A stretch of 64,000 bases of DNA from positions 21,392,001 to 21,456,000 of the forward strand of contig CM052817.1 in assembly GCA_028534125.1 (NCBI GenBank), given 5' to 3'. The DNA comes from Lama glama (Eukaryota). Each line of letters starts with the position of its first letter. Position 1 is the first letter of the stretch. A model generated the notes under the pieces. That model made no database searches, was not told the DNA's origin, and saw only the letters and a program-made list of their open reading frames with translations. A program made the position numbers and the translations under genes. Shown here piece by piece: positions 38,054 through 52,225 of the stretch.

Positions 38054-39645
38054 TAATTCTCTTCATAATATATCATACCTGTGCCAACCTGCACAAAGTC
38101 ATCCTGGTGAACAGAAATTATAACAAACATTTGGGAATATTTCTTTTACTTGTTTTGCAAAGAAAGAAGTTTGGGGGTCAAATAAGAGGCTTCAAAATGA
38201 GTGACAAAAAATAATGCAGGGAAAAGTCAAGATTCAGTGTTTTGGTCAATTGAGTGGTGAATAAAATTAAGAATAAGATTGTAAATGTAGGTGATTGTGG
38301 ACTCTTGAATGATGCTGAATGTATGTTTCTTTTTATTTTTCATCACTATGCCTAACAAGTTGTGGTATATGAAGAGAATTTGCTAATTGTGACAATTAAT
38401 TAAAAACACAAAAATGAAGTGATATCAGAGAATATCATTCTATAACATGCATTAGAAATTGTAAGGCACATGATTACCAAGTTACATTAGAATGTGTGTC
38501 ACACTAAAGACAGAATACACTGAAGTTCAAGGCTACTTATGAAGCTCTGAGATTTTGTTTTGTTTATTTTGTCAATATGTTGGCTATTTCTTCTTTCCCA
38601 TGCTGATTCTTAATGTCAATACTGAAAAGATCTCAGAAGAATATTTTACATGACAAAATATGATAAATTACAGCAACATTTACTTTATTTGAGTTGCCCT
38701 ATGCTACCTAAGGTTTTCCAAAATGAGGCTTAAAAAGGTCTGAATCAAAAAATACAAAGAAATTCCCTGTCTGGACTCAAACAAATAACTGAATTCTGGA
38801 GAAGGTGAACAAAAGATACTTTTTATTCCATTCGGGTGGGAAAAAAATCAGAGCTCTTAAATGTTTGAATATATAGATAAGCGGTTCTTCCTCTGGCTGC
38901 AAGTTCAAGCTAAAGATTCCTCTGCCCTTAGAGATTCCTTCAATCTTGATATTCTTAGGTTGCACAGAAATCCTTACTGAAAATTCAGTTCTCAAACAGA
39001 ATACAGCTTCTCAAAAGACGAAATTTCAGAGCACTTCAAATGATGTCGAAGCCTTTCTGTTGTACTGTCATCAACCTTTAATGGCCTAATGTTGAAACGA
39101 TCAGTTCACAAATATTTAATGAGCTAAAAAGTACTTGGTGCATAGCTTTAAGGGGAGTTTAAAAAGAAATGTATCATGAGACATCTGCTTTAAAAGAAAG
39201 ACAGTATGATATGGTAAATTTATTTCACTATGTTAGCTTTCACCTGTTCATCATGGAACATTGGGAAATCTAGCAACATCCTCATGTCTCATTTTAAAGT
39301 GAGGACAACACCATTCCTTCTTTTCTCCACCGCCTCAAGAAATATTTATTGGGTGAACAAGGCAAAATAAATTCTTCACTTCAGGAGAGGGTGGGCAGTT
39401 CAATGGAATGCAAATAAGCCACATGCTGCCATCTAGCAATATGCTCTGTAAGGGAATTAAATGAAAATAAAGTAATAAGGAAGTTATTGAAAATTACTGA
39501 CATATGAAAGCTAGGGAAGCCATCTCTGAGGAGGTAGGGTTTAAGCCAAGGAAGTAAAAGGTGACACAACATCAATCACTGGAATAGCCAGGAAATAATG
39601 TCCAAGGTTTATGACTTAACTCCTTTCAGGGCTGTGAAGACTCTG

Positions 39646-39647
<2 letters not shown>

Positions 39648-39694
<47 letters not shown>
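39648..39694. repeat. Perfect (CA)23 microsatellite
   Basis: Uninterrupted run seen directly. Confidence 0.95.
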
Positions 39695-39695
<1 letters not shown>

Positions 39696-41612
39696 TAGAT
39701 ACCATATATTGAGTGTCAAATATTTAGTTGATCTCATATCTTTCTTATAACAATCTGGAGAAGTATGTTTATTACTTCTTTGTGACAGTTTGAAAATTGA
39801 TGGGAAAAACAGGCTTAAAAAACTGAAGTACTTAGCTGACACTATGCAACAAATGATCCCAGGTTTGTCTGAACACCAGGAGCCTCTCTTTCTCTTACCA
39901 AACAAGTTTCAGCTATCATTGTATAAACTGTAAACGCTATAGAAGACCAAAATACAGTTTATTCCAATTCACTCAAATATTTATCTAAGTTTTCAAGCTT
40001 TATAAAATATTCCTCTTTAGCTATAGGAACTAAAAATAGGAAACCATATATTAAACTAAAATAAGAACTGAACATCTTTTTTTAATTTTGTGATTTGTTG
40101 TATGCTAATTACCCATTATATTTATATTTATTTATATGGGCAATTTTTAATTATTTGATTATATTTTAAATATTTATTTCTCTTTAAAGAAAAGAGAATT
40201 TAAAAAATAAACATAAAAGTGACAATATACTGTGGGATTTATTATACATCACTTTATATATGAGAAGCTTGTTAATTAACATCTGAGCATTCATCAGTGG
40301 AAAACCAAATGATTGCCACTTAATCATGAGGACATACAGAAATGGCACAGCCTCTAGGGTAAAATATATATATATGAAGAAGCAGTGTGGGTGGGTGAAT
40401 GTCAATAAAGTAAATAGAATGGCCACAAAATCTTACTGATATTTATAACGTTGGTTATAATTAGCTATTAAATAATATTTATTTACTTGGAAGAGATGGC
40501 TAAAAATATCTAGTCCAATTTCTTAACTCTAAGAAAATTGAATAAAAGATATCATAAATATGTATCTATCAGTCAATAATACTATACATCATGAAGTCCA
40601 TACATGAATATTGGATAATTATTTGCCTTTAAGGACCAAATAATTTAATTATCTTTATAAGATTATTTAATATCATGGATAAAATATTAAAAATGATACA
40701 TTTTTGCTTCTAAGTCTCGGTATTTTGTGTCAATATTTTAAAGTAGCTGTTCTACAGTTTTATTTTGCAACATCATACTATAATGTAAGAAACACTAAGA
40801 AGGTGCCATTAATTTCAAAAAATTAATCATTATATCTTAAAGAAAAAAACAATAAAAATTAAATATAAATTTTTACAAAAGAAAACAAAGGACCCAAGAA
40901 ATGGTCCTATATCCTTTAGGAACATGAGAAGAATGAGGAAAATGTGGTTTAGAAGAGTGGCCTAAAAAAGAATATCTATAAATCTAGTAACAGGGAAATT
41001 GTGTCAGGTTGAGGGGAGACTCAGTACAGATAAATCTATGTTTTCTTTCTCTTGAGATGTTAGGGAAAAAAGATTAAGAATGTTAATAATTTTAGATCTT
41101 ATTATGAGGGATTGGGATCTAGGTAGAGAATTCTCTAGTATTTTGAGGAAATTAAACTCATTATTATCTGAATAATATTTCTTCCTGAAGTTAAATCCTA
41201 TCTAACTGTCTTTCTGTGGTTGTTGTTTGTTATTGCTTTTTTTTTTTACCATAGCCAAATTATGTTCAATATTATTTTAAATGTGTTATTTTCAACAATG
41301 GACTCCTGGAATTTTATTGTGACTTAAGGCAGCAATGTAGCACAGTTTATTGATTTTTACTACATGCAGAATACACATTTACACTGTATTCATTAACCTT
41401 ACAAAGACATTTGACTTAATGCAAACACTTGGAAATGTTTGTTGCTTACATTTGTTAGTATCATATGAGAAAACAGCTATCATCCAGGGGCAGGACTCAC
41501 TAAACCCAACTGATTGCTTGAAATGAGGCAGAACATGAATTGTAATATTTTACTTCAAGAACATAAATTACTTCATTTGGAAAGAAGATGTATCTACATT
41601 CTAGAATGTATC

Positions 41613-42153
41613 TGTATTTACCAGGTCTTTTATTTCCTGCATTGATACTTCAACATTCGGGGTCTTGTAGATCCTAGATGGACCCCCCCGAAGGCGATCC
41701 AGTTTCTGGAGATAGTAAACAATTCACCCATGAAAGCACTTACCAAATGCTAACCAGCCAACCCCAAGCCTCTATGACCAAGCACCTCTATGCCCAACCA
41801 CCTCCTTTAACAGGCTCTTAGAGTCTGAGCCATAATCTACCTGCCCTAACCATCCTGGAGCTAACCAGAGGACAGTACCTTCACCCAGAACCCACTGAAA
41901 TTCAAATTAGTCAATCCTAAACCTGCTTACTCTGCCTCATTCATTCCTACAGCACAATATAGGCTCTTCCCACAGTTGACTTCCCTCCCTTTTACTTCTG
42001 ACTGAGCCCAGTGCTTCCCTATGTTATTCTCCTAGAGGTGTGGGGTGCCCCCTACTCTTGGGATCTGTGAACAGAACTGTCTTTTCAATAACAATAGTCT
42101 CCTGATACTTTGACTTTATCATATCTAAATAATAATAAAAGCTATATCAAACA
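41613..42153 (+). mobile_element. Full-length MER74-like (ERVL) solo LTR
   Basis: TG..CA termini; perfect 5-bp TSD GTATC (41608-41612 / 42154-42158); 'caatcctaaacctgcttac', 'ctcttgggatctgtga', 'aataataataaaa' match the remembered MER74 consensus. Confidence 0.9.
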
Positions 42154-43449
42154 GTATCATGACTTCATTTTTCAGGCTAGAAAAAGTGTATGACTATATA
42201 TATTTTTTAATTAAATAGGCCCTGAGTTACTAAAGTTGTTTTGTTGTCATTATACTTTGATAGAAACATTTTAAGAAATTTTTGTTTTCTTTCTGGAGTA
42301 CAAAAAAACTAAGTAAAATATACATGCTAAAATTGTTCTTTTCCAATTAAACTAGAATGGCACAATGTCCTACAACTTGAAGTCAAAAAATGCTGATCCT
42401 ATTGAATACATTACAACTTTTTCCCCCTAATTTTAGGAGGATCATGAAAATCTGTAGAGAACTTCTAGATGCTTAAAAATCTAACCTCATTCTGTAGTCA
42501 ATTATAGAACTTTCAGTAAGGTAACTTGACCTTCTGTTATTCACTTACAATTGTATTGAACAGTGACCATCTGTGCCCAGCATTACAGTAGGTGCTGTAG
42601 ATGGAAAGCTGCACGAAACAGTTTCTATTCTTATTCTTCTGTTCTCTCTTATTTATAGCAAATATAACATTTTTGATGTGTAATAGTCTGAAAACATTGG
42701 GAACTTGGTCAAGGGGAAACACAGATTTAATGTGCACCAAGTGAAGCAACAAAATAGTAGTATGCCTGATATATACAAATGTCATGAGATTATCACTAAA
42801 TTAGAGAAAAAGGCAAATCAATTCCTTTGCCTATACACAGTATGAATATTCAATATATGAGAATGACATGTCAGAATTATTCTGATCCCTCAGAATGTAT
42901 TATAGATCATAAAATATATAACTTAAACTCAACTTCCAATAACATAGTGAATTAAGGAGATTCCATAATCTCAACTAACATAACAGAATGATGGAGAAAT
43001 ATAAAAGAATCTCTTAGATTCATGTCCAGTATTAAAATAAAGACATGGAAAGTCCCTATTAATTACATATGAAATAGAAACTCAAAATCAAAACCCAGCA
43101 GGTCATAGGAGTTGTACAAAAATGTAATACCCAGGTAGATAATAGCAAAAAGTACTTTAGTAAAGTTTCTAACAGTCATGGTCCTTGTCTAGGCAATTTG
43201 GGATCTGGAATTCAGTACTGATGTAAATCCCATAGCTCAAAAATGCTACTCAAATCTTGAACTGAAACAAAACAAAACAAAACAAAAATCCAAACCTCAA
43301 ACCAAAACAAACTATAAATACCACAACCACCAATGTAGTAAACAAACAAGAAAGCTATCTCTCTTCCTGCAGACATAGAAATAAGAATAAAAGTCAATTA
43401 TAAATAATAAAATCCCTCAACACAATACTGACAAAAGCTTACTTGGGAG

Positions 43450-44705
43450 AAACTGAACTCCAGATGTACATGCCTTCCAATTACAGAAATTGTTACAGAA
43501 ATTAATTTAAAAAAATACCACATGAATTATTCCAGGACTATTGGAACTGCTGGAGGGGTAGGAAAGGCAAACATGAAATTGCTGTTTGAGACAATTTCCC
43601 AGAGCAGGAGATATGACTTCAGTTCAGAAAATGACTTCTCCACAATGAAGATCTCAAAACTTAAAATTACAATATATACAAAGAAATAACTGAATATGAA
43701 GGGAATGTCAGTTATAAAGAGAGAGACAGAAAGAAATTAAGAGGAATCAGCTTCTCAATTAGACATGATATTTGAACAATATAACACTAATGTATTCAAA
43801 TTCTTAAAAGACAAAGTAAGAAGAGAAAATACACTTAGAAAAATGTCAGCATTTCAGTAGACTCACATATTAAAAATTATTTCTGAAAATATTATTTACT
43901 GAAGTAAAATTCACTAGATCAGCTAAAAAAAAATAAGACACAGATGAAGAGAAAAATCAAAGAACTGGACAGATCTGAAAGAGAAAATGTTGCCCAGAGG
44001 TCAGAAGGATTAAAATATGAAAGAATTTGAGATTATGGATGTTTACTAAACTTATTATGGTAATTATTTAATGGAATATGTAAGTCAAATCATTATGTTA
44101 TATACCTTAAACTTACATATTTTATGTCAACATATTATATGTCAGTATCTTGAGAGAAAACTGGAAGGCAAAAAAATTATTTCAATTAAAAAAATATAAG
44201 TTAGTGCCTGAAAGGCATGAGAAAATACAGAGGAGAGTATGATAATGTCCACTAATCGATGTTTAAGTAGGAAAAGATTAGGAAAAGCAATACTCAAAAG
44301 AATGATAATACTTGATAATTTTTCAGAATTAAACATAAAAATGCGTTTGCATTTTGAAGATACAAAATCTCATGAAGAGATAAATAAAAACAAATCTATA
44401 ACTATCTGGCAAGATGCATCATATGAAAGCAGAAAACAAGGCTAATTAAGGGGGGAAAATGAAAATAAACTCATAAAAATTAGTGGCAAATAAACAGAAT
44501 TTTTCACTACCTATCGTAGAGTCTAAAGACATTGAGATGAATACCTTAAGAATGTTACAGATTGGACATAAAGATAAAGAGCTACAGAGTAGGAAAAGTT
44601 GGAGGAAAAAACAGCAGCCTAGAATTCTCTACCTTCAATACCATCATGAAAGATTGAGGAAGGAATAAATATTTTACTTTCAGCTTAAAAAAAAGATTGA
44701 GAAAG
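43450..44705 (+). mobile_element. Old L1/HAL1 ORF1 region with an inserted L1 3' tail (about 44030-44180)
   Basis: A-rich decayed ORF1 ('gacacagatgaagagaaaaatcaaagaactgga', 'gataatttttcagaatt', 'cagcctagaattctctacc'); insert 'gtaagtcaaatcattatgttatataccttaaacttac'. Confidence 0.65.
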
Positions 44706-44710
44706 CTTAC

Positions 44711-45147
44711 TTTATTAGTTGGTGTTCTCCAGTGAAACATAATTAGCAGGATCTATCTATGTATCTATGTACATATGTATGTATCTGTCTATATATTTAC
44801 ATCTTTTGAGAGAGACATTTTAAGAAATTAGCTCACAATATTGCGGGCGCTACCAAGTTCAAACTCTGTAAGGCAGGCTAGCAGGTTGAAATGCAAACAA
44901 GAGCTCATGTTTGAGTTCGAAGTAGGTCTGGAGGCAGACATTTTTCTTCTATAAGGGATCTCAGTCTTTTTTCTTAGGGCCTTTAACAGACTGAATGAGG
45001 CCCAGGAAGTAACATGTTTTACCTGAAGTCTTAAACATTAATTACATCTAAAACATACCTTCACAGCAGCATCTAGACTGATATTTGACAAAAAGTTGGG
45101 TACCATGACAATGGCATGCACAAGATAACACGTAAAGTTAATCATTA
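44711..45147 (-). mobile_element. MLT2D-like (ERVL) LTR
   Basis: 'gttctccagtgaaaca..aagaaattagctcaca..ataccttcacagcagcatctagactgatatttgac..acacgtaaagttaatcat'. Confidence 0.8.
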
Positions 45148-46470
45148 TTTTAAAAAAATTTAATGATTTTTTTTTCAAAAAGAAGGATATTGAACTCTTA
45201 CTTTATGTTGAACAGTTTCTAGAATTGATATTATCAAACTAATTCAGATTATCTTGAATAATAATTAATAAAATTATATCTTCTCTTTCTGGAAAGAATA
45301 TCTAACACAGAAGACAACATAGTTTACGCTTTAAGTCTCGGATATAGAAACAAAGTGAATTAACTCTCCAGTATTTTTTCTTTTACATCAGATGATGAGA
45401 ACTTACATTTCAGAATTTCCTTTACACATCTGTGAGTTTCATTTCTGGATTTGTTTTGGATGGTCTTACCATAATATAGAGCAGTTATCACCATTGAGAA
45501 TACTACTAATATTAAAACTCAGTGTTAAATCCTTTTACATGTTTACTAATATTTAATTCTCTTCATAAACTCATGAAGTTATGTTAGACCAGATTTCCAT
45601 ATCTATATTCTGAGTTAAAGGATATCAAGACAATGTTGGAAAAAGGTCTCATACCTTTATTTGCCTTTCAAGAAATACTGCCTTAATGAATGCTAAAATA
45701 TTGCTTTCTGTGGGATCTGGCATCAGAATCAACCATGTTTAATAACTGCACAACAAATTATTTTTAAAACACAGTAAGGTTAACAGAGAATCTTCATAGT
45801 CAGAACTATTTTATGATTTGACCAAATGATTTTTTTCTGTTTGCCTTTCTTGCTATTTTTTCAGCAAAACTGACATACTTCTTGCATTGTGGATCTTGTA
45901 CCTTTAAGGTTGATTTCAGAAGGTTTTTTTTTTTTCCTTTGTTTATCCGACTTAGCTGTGACTTTAATCTTTGTTTAAACACCTTCCTAAAAGTTTCTGC
46001 CTGTTCTGTTACTTAATATCTGGTGGAAATTCAAGAGAATGAGGACATCATTTGACCTAGAATCAAATGCATATCAGAGAAAATTCTAAATGGAAATTTG
46101 AAATAAGGTATTGTATTAACCATATATAAACAGAATGTTAAAAATCTAAATTTCTTACATATTCTTCTTGACCCTATTTCTGCAACTTACAGGGAAACAA
46201 AGAAAGAAAGAAAAGAAAATGAATACACTGCTTTGATTCTTTGAATCTGTTTAAAATATGTTTGTTGACACTAATAATTTATACTCAAAATTTAATTGTC
46301 TACAAATTAATATTAATTTCTCTGTGCTCTGTAATACAAAGCAAAATCTCTTTTTTAAAATTTAATAATTTACTTTTGAGAATAGACCTTAACATACATT
46401 GAAATGTTACTAGAAAGTGTTAACATTAGGAATGAGATCATTATTCTATGTTTTCATCTTTTTGTTTTAG

Positions 46471-46497
46471 AATCACAGTGGTTTCAAAATGCCTTTG
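46471..46497 (+). other. Candidate 27-nt microexon
   Basis: Acceptor ttttcatctttttgttttag|, donor TTG|GTAAGT, length divisible by 3, no stop in any frame. Confidence 0.3.
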
Positions 46498-47634
46498 GTA
46501 AGTCTATTGGCTTTTATTCATTAAAAGATTAAATGAACATTTCCTGACTTTTGTTATTCTTACAAGAAAACTGAATCTTCTAACTATTAAGGACTATAAT
46601 CAATGTTATCTTTGCCAAGTAAATGCAAATTTCCTAATAAGAATATACTTACAAGAAATACAGCAAAATTTTTATTTTTTAATATTAGATGTGGAAGCTA
46701 AAATTCATAGTTTTAGTACAAAACTTTAATTATTAACAAAACAGAAGATTATTTAAGAGTAGACTCCGCAGTGGATTTTACAGCATCACATATATATTAC
46801 AACCTAGTCTGAGGTCACAGTTAACTGAAATAATTTACTAGCTAGTTACTCAGTATGTCAGAAATATTCAATTTTTTCACAGGAAATAATTTATAAAAGT
46901 GGTTAATAATGTCTGACAAGGCCTCATTAATTCTGAACTCTTAAGGCAAATTCATGAGTTTGAATTTTAAGGTAAGATACCTGTGAGCCCTAATTGGTAT
47001 TTTGTATGGTAAGCAACATTATATTCATTTTTTCTCCTGGCCCATGAAACATTCTGGTACTCAGGAAGGAATTTCTCTTTGTGTGTTATTAACTAGATAT
47101 TTCTAGACTGTGGAATAAAACAATCCTAAGCAGAGCAAAGTTTTAGTGTTTACTATAATCAAGTATTTTTTAAAGTCACCAAACATAGAATTTTTACTAT
47201 CACTGCTTTGGGGGATACTTTGAGATTTTCAGTAGAAATTACAATATCTTCTCTTATATTCAGCATATTCCTTTTCCTCTTTTCTGAAAAGTCAATATAA
47301 ATCCAAAATTCACATATAAAACTCAAGGATTCAAAAGCAGGTTTTTAGAACTAACCTGGAAATTGCCTCTTGCTCTATCTAAAGTGGTCTCTATTAATTG
47401 GTACATATGAAATATTTCAATAATTGTTATATATTATCATATTCACTTAAATTTAACTCTGAAAGTTCTGGTTATAGGTACCCTCAGGATAATGAGAAGG
47501 ATTCCATGAGATACTAAATTCTGAGAACACTCTTGACATATCTTGCTGAAATACATATTTCACCCTGAATTTTTAAATAATCACTTTAATTTAATTTTTA
47601 AGTAATCATTTAGTTATTTATAAACATCAATGTT

Positions 47635-48632
47635 GAATTCCAGTTTTTCTTTCAGAATGTAAAGAGTTTGCAAATCATTATTTTTACTCTCACAGGAAAA
47701 AGAAAAACTGAACAAACTGAAATACAACTTAGATCTATCAGGGTATTGAGGTCACAGGACAAGTTGCCGCTCTGAAAACCCGAGAGAGGGGTGACTTCAG
47801 GGAATACAGATCAGCATATCTGAAGCAGGAGTCACTGGAGCCTCTGAATGGTAACTTCAAAGAATTGCTGAAAGCTGAATGTGGGCTAGCTTGAGAGTTA
47901 CACACTCCTGGTTGCCCAGGCTAAGGGGGCACTCCATACTCAGAGGTTTTACCTCTAAGAACCCCACCAACTTATCCCAAAGAAGATCAGAGAAAAATCC
48001 CCTTTTGTTTGGCCAGGGAAAGGGGAGAAGTAATCATTCTGAAATACACCTATGGGAAAGTTAACCATTTTGAAATAAGCCCAAAATGTTCACCGCAACA
48101 AAGTCCTATCTAGAAAGTCCTTCACCAGAGCCTGATCCTGTGTTTTGGATCAGGCTCTGGTTTGGGGAAAGGGAAACTAACCAACTCCAGCCCCTGTAGC
48201 CTTCCTGTCTTAACTGAGGGAAAGGAAGCTAAGAAACACTTGCAAAGGTCACAGAACAGAGCATATATCAGTTAAGGGACTGGAACCTAATCACAGGTTT
48301 ACTGACTACTTGCCCTCCCTCAACATTTAGCAATACATCAACAGGACTCCTGTATAATAACAGAGGATACAGCTGAAGGTTTTTCAAGGCTCAGACTCTA
48401 CCTAAGAAGGAGCCCAGGGAAGACTAAGACAACAGGGGAGACAAATAAGGACTTTGAAGGAAAGAGATGCTAGTGAAACCTACAGTTACAGCAAGCAGTA
48501 AACACAGACCAACTCCTAGCAAGATAAACATAAAACTTCACATTAAAAGACCATTTATCACAGTTCCTATCACCTAACACATTACGCCCAGCTTTCAACA
48601 AAAAAATTACAAGGCATGCTGAAAGGCAAAAC
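47635..48632 (+). mobile_element. L1M (L1MD-like) 5' UTR
   Basis: 'gaattgctgaaagctgaatgtgggctagcttgagagtta', 'ccaactccagcccctgtagccttcctgtct', 'gctttcaacaaaaaaattacaaggcatgctgaaaggcaa'. Confidence 0.75.
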
Positions 48633-50123
48633 CACACATGCATACATATATATACACACACAAACACCCACAAAGGCAACATATATTTGATTTTAAAAGG
48701 AACATTTTTTTTGATCTTGGAAATTATTCAGATATTTAGTAACATTTTCTAGAAATGTGGGCAAAATTGAAATAAGAGAAAAACATGTGGGGATTACCAC
48801 ATCCCTAACAAAAACCAAATCACTACATTTGTTTTTTCCTACTTAACATATTTGTAGAATACTTGGCAGATATAAGCAATACATCTTTCAATTTTCATCT
48901 GTTTCAATGCAAGTGATTTCTGAGTTGTGCCAAATCCTTTTGGAATGTCATGTCCATATTATTATTATTCAGAGTTTTATAGTTTATAATTTCTCCATCA
49001 TTAATGAAGCTAATGCGATAAGCTGAGAAAAACAATAATAATCAACTTCAACATTGTCAAATGCACAAAGGCCATGATATAGCAGAGGTGCTTTCGATCT
49101 ATATTTCCATCTTAAAGTTGCTTTTTGCTACAATATACAGACATTCATCTACAGCATACAAAATTTGGAACCTGGCAATCAAAAACCAACAACTGTTTCA
49201 AAATGCTCTTATTTTAATGTTGCCCAATGAGCATTAATATTTTTCTACCTAAGCTTGTTGAAAATAAAGGTTTCAATTCATTAAGGAAGATGAAAACACA
49301 ACTAGCCAGGCTAAGTGTAGCCAAACTGTATACATTAGAAAATATTTACTTTCCAATTCAACAGAAATATTGAATAATGGGTACTATTTGATTCTCATGC
49401 TCAGTAATATGGATTCTGGGAAATATTTAACAGATTGGGAATTCTCAGTCACATTTTGATTTGCAGCTACTTAGAGGCTATCAGTAATTCAGACTATAAG
49501 GAAAAATAATAGTTTTCATAGTTGTTTGTTTCATCCATTTTGCTATGTTTTTCTAGGAAGGTCAGAAAGGGTTTTCTATTGCAAAATACATTTCACAGAA
49601 AATAATGAAAGTCAACCACAATTTTATTAAGAATTTATCAAACAGCATTTTTGTTGCCAATCTTTATGCATTGTGTATAAAAACTCAAAACTTTCCACTC
49701 TCCATTCCATTATTAAAGTCATATTACTGATATATACACTGTCAGGCCACAGGTTATGGCTTTGAGATTTTTTGACATGCTTTAGTTATAGTAGGTATTA
49801 TAACATTTCTTTGTGAATGATACATGTAGACTTTTAGGTGTCTTTGGGACATGCAGAAATGCCCATAAAGACATCCATAACTTTCAAATTGCTTGTACAC
49901 TTGTACAAAAAAAAAAGTGTGCATTTCACAAAGCCTGCTTCACTGTATGTTACTCTTACGTGGCCAGGTTTGAGTTTTGTATGTCCACATGGAGTACATT
50001 CGTACTCTGAGGATACAAATGCATTTTTAGACAATAAATGTTTCTTAGCCTCATTTAGTCTGAGGTTTTATGTTTGCAATATATGGATAAAGATAACATG
50101 TACTTCATAGAAGGGTAAAAATG

Positions 50124-50332
50124 AGGGACTTGTAAAATTTTTTCCTGAGAGGGCCAGGTAGTAAATATTTTCAGCTTTGCAAGATAAGGTTTCTACTGCA
50201 ACTACTCAGCCCTGCCAGTGTAGCATAATAATGTGTATTCCAATATGTACAGTTGTGTTCCAATAAAAGTTTACTTATAAAAACAGGCAGTGGACTAGAT
50301 TTATCCCACGTGACATAGTTTGCCAGCCCCTG
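50124..50332 (+). mobile_element. MER58A-like hAT-Charlie MITE
   Basis: 'agggccaggtagtaaatattttcagctttgca..caactactcagccctgcc..gtgttccaataaaagttta..tagtttgccagcccctg'. Confidence 0.85.
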
Positions 50333-50539
50333 TCTACAGAAAACAATCGTTTACAATTATAGTACTCACCCTTGAAACACATACATGCTAAAAAAAGGGA
50401 AAGGTTAGTAAAGTAGACTATGTAATGGGGAATGGGGAGGGAACTACTTTAAGCTCAAAGAAATACAGTGAGCAAAATCAAAGGCAAGAAACAATTAGAA
50501 AAATAGGTTTGAAGCACACATCACAGATATATATTAATT

Positions 50540-51470
50540 ACTTTTATAACTAAAACATATCTACAAAGCAAATAAGCAAAGGACCTACTACTCAGTAGAA
50601 TAATCTGCAAATTCTATAAACAATCCATTTCACAAAAAGTGAAAAACAAGTAGCCCTCAAACATGGAAAATGCTCAGTTTCACTCATTATAATTTTAATC
50701 TGCCTAGTTTTCAGTTTATTTGTATATATGAGTTAAGATTTAGACTAAAATTATATTATATATATTTAGTATATACATATACATATATATTTGATTAGTC
50801 TTAGAAAATGCTAAAAACTTGATTACATTTTATAGGCCACACTATGGAAAAGTAGGCAATTTGACTGCTGAATCAAAAATAAATTGGCACAAAACCCTGT
50901 GGACGGCAACTGGGAATGTCTAACAATTGTACTTCTAAGTATTTATCCAGTAGATACATCAGATATTCGTAAACTGATGCATTTACTAGGTGAGTCTTTA
51001 TTTTTTATTTAATTATTTTTTTTTCCTTTGGTAATGGCAAAAGTTTAGCAATAGGAATGGGTTCTATAAATGATGGCATATAGATGCAATGGAATACAAT
51101 CATCTTAAAAACTAAAAAAGGTTCCTATGTATTGATATGGATGAATTTCCTATGTATTATTAATTTCAAAAGCAAGATGAAAAAGAGTGTATAAGAAATA
51201 TTATTTTTCTTTAAAAATAATATATATTTATGATCTAAATGATTGTAAAGAGACATATTATGGATAATTAGTAATAATTACGAGATGTAAGTGGAAGGAA
51301 GACAGTGCTCCACAATGATTACACTTCAATTGTCATTGAGTTCAAATTGTAGGTTGGGCATCCGGGGAGGGAGGGAAACTCTAATCTTCACTGATTACAT
51401 TTTAATACTCATTTTGAATTTGAATTATGTAAATATAAAACCTACTCAAATATTAATAAAAAATAAAAGT
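50540..51470 (+). mobile_element. L1ME-type 3' region
   Basis: 'ctcaaacatggaaaatgctcagtttcactcat', 'ataaatgatggcatatagatgcaatggaatac', 'aaaagcaagatgaaaaagagtgtata'. Confidence 0.65.
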
Positions 51471-52004
51471 ATATATATATAAACATACATGCACAGCTGA
51501 TCAACATCTAAATATAGTTATTCACATCTCTGTCTGAGTTCAGATCTTAGACATGGATTCAAACAAATAAAGAAATTTAGATGTTGATAGGTTATAACCC
51601 TTGAATGAAACAATTACAGATTAAATGTAATGGAAATTTCCTCATACTTTGATATTTAGCCAACAATACCTTAAAAAAAAAGTGTACTAGCTCTTACATC
51701 CTCACAAAAAGCCTTACTTTATAAGTGGAGTTGATAAGGGAGGACAGATTTTATTCTGTTTATTGGGCACCACAGTAATACCAGGGACAAGTATTTACTC
51801 TCCATCGTGGGTTAAAAAATGCATTTATCTGACTAGTTAAAAAAAAAAAAGCAGTTATTTAAGCTTTAGAATGCCTAGGTTAAAAAGAAATTGGGCAAAG
51901 AATACAGTATCTTGTCAATGCTGATAATTACCAGAAATGCTATTAAAGAAGAATAAAGCATGATGTTTACTATCACTTAAATCACTGCAAAATATAAGGA
52001 ACCT

Positions 52005-52225
52005 TTGTCATGGAGAGAGCATAGGACTGAAGTTTCAAAACAGTGATTACAATCTTAGCTCCACCACTTAGGAGCTGTCGATCAATTTCCCTAGTTTACT
52101 TTAATAATTCATAACATACTGAAAATATTCCCTCAGTCAGAGTCACAGTCAGATTTAAATATATAATAGATGTAGAAGTGCTCATCACCACACTGCCCAC
52201 TCTGCAAGCATTAATTAATATTATT
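52005..52225 (+). mobile_element. MIR SINE
   Basis: 'ggagagagcataggactgaag..aatcttagctccaccacttaggagctgt..gatgtagaagtgctca'. Confidence 0.65.

Noticed and set aside
33080..45147. Apparent duplication: old L1 ORF1 followed by antisense MLT2 at both 33-35 kb and 43-45 kb
   Set aside because: The MLT2 copies differ internally and their junctions with the L1 differ, so these are independent insertions rather than a segmental duplication.
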